From Minisyncoccia bacterium (GTDB lineage: Bacteria > Patescibacteriota > Minisyncoccia > Phycocordibacterales > Zambryskibacteraceae), in the NCBI GenBank assembly GCA_049651785.1, contig JBASCT010000022.1:44-64043 (forward strand): 64,000 nt of DNA, written 5' to 3'. Under the pieces are notes generated by a model that worked only from the letters and a program-made list of their open reading frames with translations, made no database searches and was not told the DNA's origin. Position numbers and translations under genes: made by a program. This document shows, piece by piece, positions 44,959 to 53,924 of this stretch (within the stretch, counting starts at the first letter, position 1; every line of letters starts with the position of its first letter).

Positions 44959-44992
44959 ACTGGAACTGTTCATCTGCGTCTACCAGAGACAA

Positions 44993-45066
44993 GCTCTCAT
45001 CGTTCAATGGATAGGACATAACTTTGCGGAAGTTAAAATGTAGGTTCGATTCCTACTGAGAGCACC
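44993..45066 (+). tRNA. tRNA with anticodon GCG (Arg, decoding CGC/CGU)
   Basis: Manual cloverleaf GCTCTCA-TC-GTTC-AATGGATA-GGAC-A-TAACT-TTGCGGA-AGTTA-AAAT-GTAGG-TTCGATT-CCTAC-TGAGAGC-A-CC; G37 is consistent with a CGN decoder. Confidence 0.65.
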
Positions 45067-45537
45067 TTAGAATCCGAAATACTCGAGAATTTTTTCTACA
45101 AACGGGAGAGCGTGGAACTCTTCTTTTAGAACCGAAGAAAGATTCTCGTGGAGTTCGTCGGCGTCGATTTCATCATTTAAGGGTACGATGATAAGGGGCA
45201 TGAGCATTTTTTGCGACTTGAGAATTATCTTTTTATGAGGATGCTCGACATCTATCCAAAAAGATTCGAGGGTGGAATAAGGATAAAATACCTTGCCGCG
45301 CACAAGACCCTTCTCGTCGACCGCCACATGGACATTGTTCGGCGGACGCTTGGCAAAGAGGGAGAGGGCGAAGGCGCCGACCAGAATCAGAATACCGAGG
45401 ATAATATTTTTGAAAATTATTGCGGCAACCGCGAGAGCAACAGCGACAATTCCGACCGCCCAGAACCAGTCTGAACTCCTAACTTTATGTTCGTATTCGT
45501 GGGCGTCCCACTCCATTCTGAAAGAGGGTCGTGGCAT
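45067..45537 (-). CDS. Membrane hypothetical protein
   Basis: 156 aa; two TM helices after HEYEHK; no family recognised. Confidence 0.45.
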   Translation of the reverse strand: MPRPSFRMEWDAHEYEHKVRSSDWFWAVGIVAVALAVAAIIFKNIILGILILVGAFALSLFAKRPPNNVHVAVDEKGLVRGKVFYPYSTLESFWIDVEHPHKKIILKSQKMLMPLIIVPLNDEIDADELHENLSSVLKEEFHALPFVEKILEYFGF

Positions 45538-45580
45538 AGATGGAAAAATTATATCATAATCAATATAACAAGATTACAGC

Positions 45581-46336
45581 ATGACCGAAGTACTTCTTTA
45601 TTCCGTCCTCGTGATGCTTGCCTCCCTTGTCGGCGTTTTCGCTGTCTGGCGCAACGTCGGCCGCCTTATCGAGCGCAATCTTAGCCTTTTGGTAAGTCTC
45701 TCGGCGGGCGTCTTTGTTGTCATAACTTACAACCTGATGAAGGAAACCATGGAGCACTCGAGCGGAGTGACAGAGGGGCTCGCCTGGATTCTCGGCGGAG
45801 CTTTCTTCTTCTGGCTGCTTTTTAAACTGGCACCCCTCTTCCACCACCACCACGATGCCAGCAGAGAAACGACTCCGCACTCTCGGATAGATGCGCGCCG
45901 GGTTATGGCCGGAGATGCCCTGCACAATTTCAGCGACGGCCTTCTGCTTGCCGCCTCTTTTGGGGTCAGCTCTGCCTTCGGTGTCTTAACCGCCTTGAGT
46001 ATTTTTGTTCACGAACTGGTGCAGGAGATGTCGGAGTTTTTTGTTTTGAAGCAGGCGGGCTACCAGACCAAGAAAGCGCTTATTTCCAATTTCGCCATAT
46101 CCTCGACAATTTTACTCGGCTCGCTTGTTGGGTTTTTCCTTATAGATAATTTTGAAATGTTCGAGGTACCGCTTCTGGGGCTGACAGCTGGCGCCTTCCT
46201 TGTTGTCGTCCTCGATGACCTTATTCCGCATTCAATCCGCGCCTCTAGATTAACTCAATTCTATGCCAGACACCTCGCTTGGTTTGTCATCGGGCTCGTT
46301 TTAATGTTTGTTGTTAGCTCTTTTGTTACACCCTAA
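45581..46336 (+). CDS. ZIP-family divalent metal transporter (ZupT-like)
   Basis: 251 aa; His-rich loop LFHHHHDA, conserved HNFSDGL and HELVQE motifs. Confidence 0.8.
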   Translation: MTEVLLYSVLVMLASLVGVFAVWRNVGRLIERNLSLLVSLSAGVFVVITYNLMKETMEHSSGVTEGLAWILGGAFFFWLLFKLAPLFHHHHDASRETTPHSRIDARRVMAGDALHNFSDGLLLAASFGVSSAFGVLTALSIFVHELVQEMSEFFVLKQAGYQTKKALISNFAISSTILLGSLVGFFLIDNFEMFEVPLLGLTAGAFLVVVLDDLIPHSIRASRLTQFYARHLAWFVIGLVLMFVVSSFVTP

Positions 46337-46337
46337 C

Positions 46338-46422
46338 TGGCGGAGGGTAGAGGACTCGAACCTCTAAGGGCTTTCACCCGCCGGTTTTCAAGACCGGTGC
46401 CATACCGTTAGGCGAACCCTCC
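46338..46422 (-). tRNA. tRNA-Ser (anticodon UGA), CCA encoded
   Basis: Manual fold GGAGGGT...CCGGT-CTTGAAA-ACCGG, long variable arm, T-arm AGAGG-TTCGAGT-CCTCT, ACCCTCC-G-CCA. Confidence 0.8.
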
Positions 46423-46434
46423 AATTAAGTTACT

Positions 46435-46671
46435 TTACTCGGTTTTTTCAATTACTTCCACCTTATATTTTCGTGCCACAAGAGAGTAGTAAATAATTTC
46501 GAGAACGCCGAAAGTGTTGATTATGAAAATAGCAACGAACCAATATTTATGTCTCAGACCTGCCGCGGTCCATAAAGCGAACCCCTTCCAGGCAAGAGAC
46601 CAGATTACCAGTAGAGCAATTGCCGCAAGCTCCGTCGGGCTGAACTGGGACAAAATTTCGAGCAAATTCAT
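46435..46671 (-). CDS. Small two-TM membrane protein (hypothetical)
   Basis: 78 aa; two hydrophobic helices. Confidence 0.4.
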   Translation of the reverse strand: MNLLEILSQFSPTELAAIALLVIWSLAWKGFALWTAAGLRHKYWFVAIFIINTFGVLEIIYYSLVARKYKVEVIEKTE

Positions 46672-46703
46672 GTTAATTCCCCAATTGTACTATAATTTCC
46701 CTA

Positions 46704-47078
46704 ATGAGACTTATGGCGATAGATTATGGCTCCAAGCGCGTCGGTATCGCCTCAACCGATGAGACCGGGAGGTTTGCTCTGCCGCGCGCCGTCTGGCCAA
46801 ACGACGACAAGCTTCTTGATAAGATTCTTGAGTTTAAGGAGAAAGAGGGGGTAGAGAAGATCGTCATCGGCGAATCTAAAAATTTTAAAGGTGGGCCCAA
46901 CCCCATTCAGAAAGAAATAGAAGAATTTAAAAAAACTCTTGAGGCGCTGGGAATCTCCGCGGTCTACCATCCCGAAATAATGACAACAGTTGAAGCAAGA
47001 CGGATTCAGGGTAATACGGAGTTCACGGACGCCTCGGCCGCCGCGCTTATCCTCAGGAATTTCCTTGATGCTGTATAA
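46704..47078 (+). CDS. ruvX: YqgF/RuvX RNase H-fold nuclease (putative pre-16S rRNA nuclease)
   Basis: 124 aa; MRLMAIDYGSKRVGIA with conserved D/E residues. Confidence 0.85.
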   Translation: MRLMAIDYGSKRVGIASTDETGRFALPRAVWPNDDKLLDKILEFKEKEGVEKIVIGESKNFKGGPNPIQKEIEEFKKTLEALGISAVYHPEIMTTVEARRIQGNTEFTDASAAALILRNFLDAV

Positions 47079-47087
47079 TAAATCCGT

Positions 47088-48086
47088 ATGGCGGTACTTT
47101 TGAGACGCAGAAGTTTAATGGACTTTTTCCCCGTGCCCGAGTTCATGCTTCTCTCGATGACGGGGATTGTTATAACCGACGACGACACTCGTTTTGTCGA
47201 GCTGAAGCGAGGCCTTTTCGGCGACGGCTTCGAGCTGGTGCACGCAAGCAAGGCCGCCAACCCCAAGGGTGCTGTTGAGTCGGGGCTTATTGTTAGTCCG
47301 CAAAATCTTGCCCCAGTGGTCAAAAAGCTCTCTGAGCACTACGGGGTACGATACGCCCGAGCCGTCCTACCGGAAGAGCGGGCCTACCTTTTCACCACCA
47401 CGATAGACTGGGTCCCGCGCGAAGGTTTGAGAGATGCCGTGGCTTTCATTATCGAAGAAAATGCGCCGGTGTCTCTCGCTGAATCCGTATTTGATTTCGA
47501 AGTAATAAATTCCGACCGAGGAGCGGGGGAGATAAAGCTTGCCGTCTCCGTTGTGCCGAAAGAGATTACAAAAAGTTACGAAGGCCTTCTGGAATCCGTG
47601 AACATCACCCCAATCTCTTTTGAGCTCGAATCGCAAGCTGTTGCCCGCGCGGTTATTCACCGCGAGGATAAGCGCCCGCAACTTATAATAAATTTGTCTC
47701 TCAAGAAAACAGGTTTTTATGTCGTCGAGGACGGCGTGGCCCAGTTCAGCACCACACCGGTATTTGGCATCGGTGCCGACGGTGCTTACGCCAATCTGGC
47801 AGACCTTCGAGCCGAGATGAGGAAGGTTATTACTTTCTGGAATGTTCGTACCGACAAAGAAGGCCGGCCGGGGAAGAAAATAGAACAAATCGTTCTCTGC
47901 GGCCAAGGAACAAATGACCCGGCCTTTGTCGACAAGCTCATGGAAGGAAGTGAAGTGGATCACCAGCTTGCTGACGTCTGGCTCAACCTCTCTTCTTCAC
48001 GCGACGCGACCCCGCCGATCCCTTTTGAGGAATCGCTTGGCTACACTCCGGCTATCGGTCTGGTCCTGCCGCGTCGAAACGAATAA
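47088..48086 (+). CDS. pilM: PilM-like type IV pilus assembly protein (actin-like fold candidate)
   Basis: 332 aa; cytoplasmic protein directly upstream of two bitopic PilN/PilO-like genes. Assigned mainly by context. Confidence 0.55.
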   Translation: MAVLLRRRSLMDFFPVPEFMLLSMTGIVITDDDTRFVELKRGLFGDGFELVHASKAANPKGAVESGLIVSPQNLAPVVKKLSEHYGVRYARAVLPEERAYLFTTTIDWVPREGLRDAVAFIIEENAPVSLAESVFDFEVINSDRGAGEIKLAVSVVPKEITKSYEGLLESVNITPISFELESQAVARAVIHREDKRPQLIINLSLKKTGFYVVEDGVAQFSTTPVFGIGADGAYANLADLRAEMRKVITFWNVRTDKEGRPGKKIEQIVLCGQGTNDPAFVDKLMEGSEVDHQLADVWLNLSSSRDATPPIPFEESLGYTPAIGLVLPRRNE

Positions 48087-48088
48087 AT

Positions 48089-48619
48089 ATGCTTAAACTC
48101 TTAACAGACGAGGGCAGAGAAAAAGTTTCCGAGGAGTACAAAGTACGCCGAGTGGTCGTTATTATTTTGGCGCTTATCGTCATTACGATTATAACTATTA
48201 TCGGACTTTTGCCGTCATATGTTCTCTCAGACAGCCGCGAAGAAGAAGCACTCGCTCGTCTGCGACTCACCGAATCTGGCGGCCAGAAAGAGGGACAAGA
48301 GCTTCGCACCTGGCTTGCCGAGACCAATAAAAGACTCTCAACCATCGCGCCGAACCTTGACACCGACAAGCCCTCCAATTTCATCGCGCGCGCCATAGCC
48401 CTAAAGCCCTCGGGTATAAAAATCACCAGTTTTTCCTGGACCAAGGCAAAGGACAAAGTCACCCTTTCTCTTAGTGGTACGGCCCTGGACCGACAGACTT
48501 TGGTACGCTTCGAAAACGAGATAGAGGCGTCGGGTCTTTTCTCTGACATTACTCTGCCGATTTCTGATCTCGCCAAGGATCGCAATATCGGTTTCCAGAT
48601 AAAATTCTCGCCGATATGA
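48089..48619 (+). CDS. PilN-like bitopic pilus assembly protein
   Basis: 176 aa; N-terminal TM helix then periplasmic domain. Confidence 0.5.
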   Translation: MLKLLTDEGREKVSEEYKVRRVVVIILALIVITIITIIGLLPSYVLSDSREEEALARLRLTESGGQKEGQELRTWLAETNKRLSTIAPNLDTDKPSNFIARAIALKPSGIKITSFSWTKAKDKVTLSLSGTALDRQTLVRFENEIEASGLFSDITLPISDLAKDRNIGFQIKFSPI

Positions 48620-49137
48620 CAAACAAAAGCTCAAAACCGATTCTCATTCTCCTCCTAATTATTTTTGCCGCCCTCATTGCGGTATTGGTCTTCGGCATTC
48701 TTGACATCAGGACAAAGAACACGGAAATCTCAAGATTGGTCAACGAGGCGGATCAGGCGGTCGAGAATGAAAGACTCATCCAGTCCATAAAGGAACTCCA
48801 GAACGAAGCGGCCGGGAATCTTGAAGCCTTTGGTCAGGCGGTCTTTATGGACGACAAGCTTGTCCCTCTTATCGAGATGATAGAGGGGCTAGGCAGAAGT
48901 TTGGGCCTCGAGACGAGGATTGCTTCCGTTTCAGAGATAGAAGATAAAAAGTCGGCCGAGCCCAAAATTATTAAAATTACAATTGAGGCAACCGATGGTT
49001 CTTGGAGTTCGGCCTTCTCTTTTTTGAGAGCGATAGAAAACTTGCCGCATAGAGTTATGGTAGAAGACGCCAGTCTTTCTAAAGAAGGGGATGACTGGCG
49101 CCTGCGCCTGACCATCTCTCTCTACTCATTCAAATAA
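48616..49137 (+). CDS. PilO-like bitopic pilus assembly protein
   Basis: 173 aa; TM helix + coiled coil + C-terminal domain; overlapping stop/start. Confidence 0.45.
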   Translation: MTNKSSKPILILLLIIFAALIAVLVFGILDIRTKNTEISRLVNEADQAVENERLIQSIKELQNEAAGNLEAFGQAVFMDDKLVPLIEMIEGLGRSLGLETRIASVSEIEDKKSAEPKIIKITIEATDGSWSSAFSFLRAIENLPHRVMVEDASLSKEGDDWRLRLTISLYSFK

Positions 49138-49138
49138 C

Positions 49139-49462
49139 ATGGAAGAAAAGAAAAACATATTTAACATAAGCGGCAAACTCCACATCCATTTTCTCCATTG
49201 GGGGAGGAGTCCGGAGAGGGATTGGAAGATAATATTTGTCTTTGCCACCATTTTCGTTTTCTGCTCCATCGCCACGAGCGCTTTTATCTTCGTCAAAATA
49301 GACAGAGGCGAAATATTCCTTGCTGAAAAAGTTAACGAAGAATCTGGAGAAACTCTCGACTTTAAAAAACTCGAAGAAACGGCTTCGTACTATAAAAACA
49401 AAGAACTCGAATTGGAAAAAATTATAAGGTCAAAACCGCAGTACGTTGACCCGTCGCTCTGA
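49139..49462 (+). CDS. Small membrane protein (PilP-position gene)
   Basis: 107 aa; one TM helix. Confidence 0.4.
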   Translation: MEEKKNIFNISGKLHIHFLHWGRSPERDWKIIFVFATIFVFCSIATSAFIFVKIDRGEIFLAEKVNEESGETLDFKKLEETASYYKNKELELEKIIRSKPQYVDPSL

Positions 49463-49484
49463 TAAAGCTACGATTGAGGCACCT

Positions 49485-49556
49485 GTCCCCGTAGCTTAAT
49501 GGATAAAGTAGAGCTCTTCTAAGGCTTTGATGCAGGTTCGATTCCTGCCGGGGACA
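49485..49556 (+). tRNA. tRNA-Arg (anticodon UCU)
   Basis: Manual fold GTCCCCG-TA-GCTT-AATGGATA-AAGT-A-GAGCT-CTTCTAA-GGCTT-TGAT-GCAGG-TTCGATT-CCTGC-CGGGGAC-A. Confidence 0.75.
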
Positions 49557-49622
49557 CAAATTGACTTCTCTCTTCCAGAGTGCTATTTTCGCCTCTAGCC
49601 TAACTATTTTGGGGAGAGACAA

Positions 49623-50261
49623 ATGGAATCTCCGAATGTGTTACCGTTCTTTGACGATCCCGGAAAATTTTTCGGCAATTGTGATATCGGCGATAAGGAG
49701 GCGCCACGCCACATAGTCGAGGCCCAAGAGCCCCGGTACCAGTACCACGCGATTCTGACAAAGGATGTTGGGCAAGTTTCTGGAGAAGACTTCCTTCGAT
49801 ACACGAGACGCCTTGTTGCAATCTGCTACCGCGTTTACCGAAGGGCGGAATGGGAACTGACCGCCGATTCAAGGGGTCCGATTAGTTTCTATATTTCCTC
49901 GAGTGGGAAGTATCAGAAACCGCCGTACTTTACGAATGACGTGAGCCAGCTCAACGAGAAGGTTTTCTTGGCGATGTTCAGGATGTCGTACTTCATGAAG
50001 CTTCGTGTCAATCAGAGGCCTATCTCTGGTCGGCAACCAAGCTCTTACGCCAAGATTTTCTGGCATTGTTACAAACCCGACATGCTCTTCGTGGCGGCCA
50101 GGCGCGACCATCGTGATGACTATCGAGGTACGGCCGCCGCCCTTGAGGGTCTGCTTTCTCGGAAATTTCTCTATGTTCCGAAAATGGCACCAACCGATGG
50201 CTTCTCCGTGGATCTCGGCATGGACATCTACAACAGGGAAGAAATGGAATTGCCTTCCTGA
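49623..50261 (+). CDS. Hypothetical protein immediately downstream of tRNA-Arg
   Basis: 212 aa; no recognisable family. Confidence 0.45.
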   Translation: MESPNVLPFFDDPGKFFGNCDIGDKEAPRHIVEAQEPRYQYHAILTKDVGQVSGEDFLRYTRRLVAICYRVYRRAEWELTADSRGPISFYISSSGKYQKPPYFTNDVSQLNEKVFLAMFRMSYFMKLRVNQRPISGRQPSSYAKIFWHCYKPDMLFVAARRDHRDDYRGTAAALEGLLSRKFLYVPKMAPTDGFSVDLGMDIYNREEMELPS

Positions 50262-50302
50262 TTTTCGACACAGGGCGTCCAACGATAGGGCGCTCTTTCT
50301 TT

Positions 50303-51004
50303 TTACAAACTTATCTCTCGAACGGATTGATTGCGATGAATTAGTTCGTCATTTCTGACGGAGAGGAAAAATTCGTACTGGTTTCTTGGGTTCCTGCCGT
50401 ACCAACGCAGGAATTCGCTCTCAACCGGTTTTTTCTTCAGCTCCTCGCCTCGGGTTTCGAGAAATTTTGAGTATTGTTCAAATGCGTGTTGTTCGAAAAG
50501 ATAATTAAGCTCGAGAGACGCCCTGGGGCTGAAAAGGTACAAAAGGTAAGAGGTCCAGAAATAGAAGAAAGCGAAAAGCATCGGCACAAAAGTGTGTCTA
50601 AGGAAGCCGGCCCTCTTCTCTTTTTTTGCCAATTGCGTTATGACGATTACATGCATGGTCTCGTTGTCTTGCGCTAGGCGGGCGTAGCGCGTGACATTTG
50701 AGAGTCGGAGGGCGCGTTTCTCATCCGAATAAAACATTGTAAGAAGTGTATAGGCGACCGAGGACCAAGAGTGGTAGGGAACACGGGCGATAACTTCCAC
50801 GGCACGAAATTTCAGATAAGACGGCTTGAAGCCGTAGAAAAGATTGCCGCAATTAACGAGAAAACCCCCGAGAATCTGGGGCAGGAATCCGGGGCGGTAG
50901 CTGTCGAAAGGTTTTTTATAAGCTTCGAGTTGTTCCGGGTTATTGAGTTCTAGGTTGAGCGCTTCTAACCCTGGTTTATCTTTTGGTGTATCCATTAGAA
51001 ACAT
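50303..51004 (-). CDS. Alternative oxidase / plastid terminal oxidase family di-iron carboxylate protein
   Basis: All four AOX iron-binding helices are present: EVIARVP (LETVAAVPG-like), NETMHV (NERMHL-like), EQHAFEQY (EEEAIHSY-like), RNDELIHRN (RADEAHHRDVNH-like). The track's longer GTG start at 51106 lies inside tRNA-Leu and is rejected. Confidence 0.75.
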   Translation of the reverse strand: MFLMDTPKDKPGLEALNLELNNPEQLEAYKKPFDSYRPGFLPQILGGFLVNCGNLFYGFKPSYLKFRAVEVIARVPYHSWSSVAYTLLTMFYSDEKRALRLSNVTRYARLAQDNETMHVIVITQLAKKEKRAGFLRHTFVPMLFAFFYFWTSYLLYLFSPRASLELNYLFEQHAFEQYSKFLETRGEELKKKPVESEFLRWYGRNPRNQYEFFLSVRNDELIHRNQSVREISL

Positions 51005-51025
51005 TATAACTGACAAAGTTACTAC

Positions 51026-51112
51026 TGGTGCCGAGGAGGAGATTTGAACTCCTACGAGGGTTCCCTCACTGCGTTCTGAACACAGCGTGTCTACCAATTT
51101 CACCACCTCGGC
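51026..51112 (-). tRNA. tRNA-Leu (anticodon CAG)
   Basis: Manual fold GCCGAGG-TG-GTG-AAATTGGTAGA-CAC-G-CTGTG-TTCAGAA-CGCAG-long variable arm-AGGAG-TTCAAAT-CTCCT-CCTCGGC-A-CCA. Confidence 0.8.
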
Positions 51113-51120
51113 TTTGCTAG

Positions 51121-51194
51121 TGCGCGCTGAGGGATTTGAACCCCCGGCCTACTGTGTGTAAAACAGTCGCTCTAACCAACTGAGCTAAGCGCGC
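51121..51194 (-). tRNA. tRNA-Val (anticodon UAC)
   Basis: Manual fold GCGCGCT-TA-GCTC-AGTTGGTTA-GAGC-G-ACTGT-TTTACAC-ACAGT-AGGCC-GGGGG-TTCAAAT-CCCTC-AGCGCGC-A. Confidence 0.8.
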
Positions 51195-51275
51195 GTGCTT
51201 CAGTTATACACTATTATTCTTAAAGCAACAATATTAGACTGGAGTAACTCATACTAGGTATGTTATACTTTACTT

Positions 51276-51944
51276 ATGAAAGTTAAAGAAAGAGAACATG
51301 CTCGTAAGTTGCGGAAAAAAGGCAAGTCAATGAACCAAATTATTGAAGAAACTGGATATTCTAAGGCTAGTGTAAGTTTTTGGACTCGTGACATTAAGCT
51401 AACTCCTTATCAAAAAAATAAGATATCGTTGCGAGGAAGGAGTATTGAATCAATTGAGAGAAGAAGAGAGAGTCGCCTTGCAAATATAGCAAATAAAAGG
51501 CGGGAGATAATAGACTTGGCAAAAGGAGATTTTACGAGTCTAACCATAAGGGAACTAAAATTAGTAGGAGCTATGATTTACTGGGGGGAAGGTAGAAAGG
51601 CCGGAAACTGGACTGTTAGTTTGGCAAATAGCGATCCGTTAATTATTAAGGTTATGATGAGATTTTTTCGGGAAGTGTGCAAGGTGCCGGAGGAAAAATT
51701 TCGTGGACATATACACACTTTTGAAAATGCTACGATATCTAAGACTGAAAGATACTGGTCCGAAATATCTGGTATACAACGAAAACAGTTTTATAAAACA
51801 TATACAAAGCCAAGCAAAGGAGGTTTGCAAAAAAGACAAACATTACCCTACGGGACCCTAGACATATATGTCAATGACACAAAATTATTTCTTACAATTA
51901 AGGGGTGGATTGAGAAAATTGCTGAATTAGCCATAAATTCATGA
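51276..51944 (+). CDS. HTH + LAGLIDADG-like protein, paralogue of the 40668..41498 gene
   Basis: N-terminus LRKKGKSMNQIIEETGYSKASVSFW aligns with LRKSGHTLTEIVKITGRSKTSVYSHI of the tRNA-Lys-adjacent gene. Motif LVGAMIYWGEG corresponds to LVAHLIFDGTI. Confidence 0.5.
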   Translation: MKVKEREHARKLRKKGKSMNQIIEETGYSKASVSFWTRDIKLTPYQKNKISLRGRSIESIERRRESRLANIANKRREIIDLAKGDFTSLTIRELKLVGAMIYWGEGRKAGNWTVSLANSDPLIIKVMMRFFREVCKVPEEKFRGHIHTFENATISKTERYWSEISGIQRKQFYKTYTKPSKGGLQKRQTLPYGTLDIYVNDTKLFLTIKGWIEKIAELAINS

Positions 51945-52699
51945 TTGACCTATCTAAAAATATTCTTTACGAAGACTCCGACTTGCTGGTGATAAACAAG
52001 CCAGCTGGACTCGTGGTGCACCCAGACGGTAGGACCAAAGAGCCGAGTGTCTCGGAGTGGTTTGAGAAAAAATTTCCCGAAGCGCGCAGCGTGGGCGAGC
52101 CCTTAGAGCTTGAAACAGGAGAAATTTTAGAACGCACGGGGGTGGTACATCGGATAGACCGAGAAACTTCTGGGGCCCTAATTCTTGCTAAAACAAAAAA
52201 AGGACACGCGGCGCTCAAAAAACAATTCCAAAATAGAGAGGTTTCAAAAATTTACCACCTTTTTGTCGCGGGCGACCTCAAGCGTGACCAAGGCACGATT
52301 GATTTGGCGATAGGCAGAAGTATTAATGACTTCCGCAAACGCTCGGCAGAACGCATTACTCGAGGCGAGAAAAGAGAAGCCCTGACGCACTTCAGAGTGC
52401 TTAGGAAACCATCCGATAAGACCTCCACTTTCGTGGAAGCAAGACCAAAAACAGGTCGAACCCATCAGATTAGAGTTCATTTCAAAGCTATTGGACACCC
52501 GGTTGTTGCCGATAAACTTTACGCGCCGAAAGGGAAATCGATTCTTGGATTCAAGAGACTAGCACTCCACGCTCGTGCCGTAACTTTCAAAAATCTCTCC
52601 GGTCAAGAAGTTGCCGTCGAAGCGCCGTACCCAGAAGATTTCGAACAAGCACTTTCTGGTCTAAAAGAAAACGCCCCGCATCACTTGGGGGCGTCTTGA
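51941..52699 (+). CDS. RluA-family pseudouridine synthase
   Basis: 252 aa; LVINKPAGLVVHP and catalytic HRIDRETSGALILAKT motif. Confidence 0.85.
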   Translation: MIDLSKNILYEDSDLLVINKPAGLVVHPDGRTKEPSVSEWFEKKFPEARSVGEPLELETGEILERTGVVHRIDRETSGALILAKTKKGHAALKKQFQNREVSKIYHLFVAGDLKRDQGTIDLAIGRSINDFRKRSAERITRGEKREALTHFRVLRKPSDKTSTFVEARPKTGRTHQIRVHFKAIGHPVVADKLYAPKGKSILGFKRLALHARAVTFKNLSGQEVAVEAPYPEDFEQALSGLKENAPHHLGAS

Positions 52700-53379
52700 G
52701 GAGCGAGTTCAAGCTCGCACTGAGTATGATTGTCGGAATGGAGACATCCGGCGAAGTGCTCAGAGGCGATGCTGTAGGCGGCTCTAGCCGCTTTACGAGG
52801 GGGTCGCTTGTGACCGTCTCGTGCGCGTTCGCCAGTTAGAACAATGTTATTTTCCGTCTTCGTTACCCGGAGCTCACCACTCGGGTGCAAATAAAAGCCG
52901 AAGAGGTACGGGGACCAGGCGCGTCTTTTGAACCTGACTGTGACTTTTGACTTATCTTTCGGATCAACGGTCAGCACGTGCTCATGAAGAGACTTGATGC
53001 TATCCAGGTCCTTTTCAACCTCAAGAAAACCAAGAACTTCTGCGAGCATCTTTTGGTACAGTTCGTACGGCACATCTACCGCCACCCGTAGGCCGGACGG
53101 CTCGATGCGCCCATGACGGCGTCTTTCTATGTCTTCACCGCTCTCGCTGTCCTCATTGACGAGCCAGTTGATGAAATAGTAATCGCCAAGACACTCTCCC
53201 ACGACTTCTATCATGCTCATGAGGTCGCCATAGCCAGGCAGCTTGAAGCGGCGCTCGACAAACTTCACCCCAACTGCTGGAGGCCAGTTTTCCGATTTCA
53301 CAAAGTACTCCTCTAAAACCGTTCCGCTCGCCAATATAGCAGAAACGGCTTCCGCCGAGTAATGGACACTGGCGGCCAA
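52681..53379 (-). CDS. Hypothetical protein
   Basis: 232 aa; no confident family. Confidence 0.4.
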   Translation of the reverse strand: MAASVHYSAEAVSAILASGTVLEEYFVKSENWPPAVGVKFVERRFKLPGYGDLMSMIEVVGECLGDYYFINWLVNEDSESGEDIERRRHGRIEPSGLRVAVDVPYELYQKMLAEVLGFLEVEKDLDSIKSLHEHVLTVDPKDKSKVTVRFKRRAWSPYLFGFYLHPSGELRVTKTENNIVLTGERARDGHKRPPRKAARAAYSIASEHFAGCLHSDNHTQCELELAPQDAPK

Positions 53380-53393
53380 AATGTGTTAGATTA

Positions 53394-53795
53394 TTGCCCA
53401 CTGCCGTTATGAAAATAATGAGTCCAGTCAATATCGAAGAGAGGCAAAAACTCGACATCCGAGCGGGCGACACTGTCCGTGTCTGGCAAAAAATATTGGA
53501 AAAGGGCAAGACCCGCTTGCAGGCCTTTGAGGGCCTGGTTCTTGCCACTAAACACGGCAAGGAGGCAGGGGCAACCCTAACTTTACGCCGTACTGCCTCG
53601 GGCGTTGGGGTTGAGAAAATTTTCCCGCTCTACTCTCCCGTAATCGACAAAATTGAAATCGTTAAGCGCTCAAAGGTCCGCCGAGCCAAGCTCTATCACA
53701 TCAGAGAAAAGGCGACCAAGGAGATCAGTCGCCAGATGAGAAATGTCCGCATGGCGAAAGACGAAGAGGTGGCAGCTGAGGCGGAAGCGAAGTAA
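53394..53795 (+). CDS. rplS: 50S ribosomal protein L19
   Basis: 133 aa; FRAGDTVRV...RLQAFEGLV...HGKEAGATLTLRR...GVEKIFPLYSP signature. Confidence 0.9.
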   Translation: MPTAVMKIMSPVNIEERQKLDIRAGDTVRVWQKILEKGKTRLQAFEGLVLATKHGKEAGATLTLRRTASGVGVEKIFPLYSPVIDKIEIVKRSKVRRAKLYHIREKATKEISRQMRNVRMAKDEEVAAEAEAK

Positions 53796-53827
53796 GATTG
53801 AAACACGCCCTCCTTCGCCGAGGCTTC

Positions 53828-53911
53828 GGACGGGCAATGCGCGGGTGGCGAAATTGGTAGACGCACTACCTTGAGGTGGTAGCGCTGGCAACGGCGTGGA
53901 GGTTCAAATCC
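53828..53911 (+). tRNA. tRNA-Leu (anticodon GAG)
   Basis: Manual fold GCGCGGG-TG-GCG-AAATTGGTAGA-CGC-A-CTACC-TTGAGGT-GGTAG-long variable arm-GGAGG-TTCAAAT-CCTCT-CCCGCGC-A. Confidence 0.75.
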
Positions 53912-53924
53912 TCTCCCGCGCACT

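Noticed and set aside
50303-51106. Long form of the AOX ORF starting at GTG 51106
   Set aside because: That start codon and the first 27 codons lie inside the tRNA-Leu(CAG) gene on the same strand. The AOX homology begins near Met 51004/50995.
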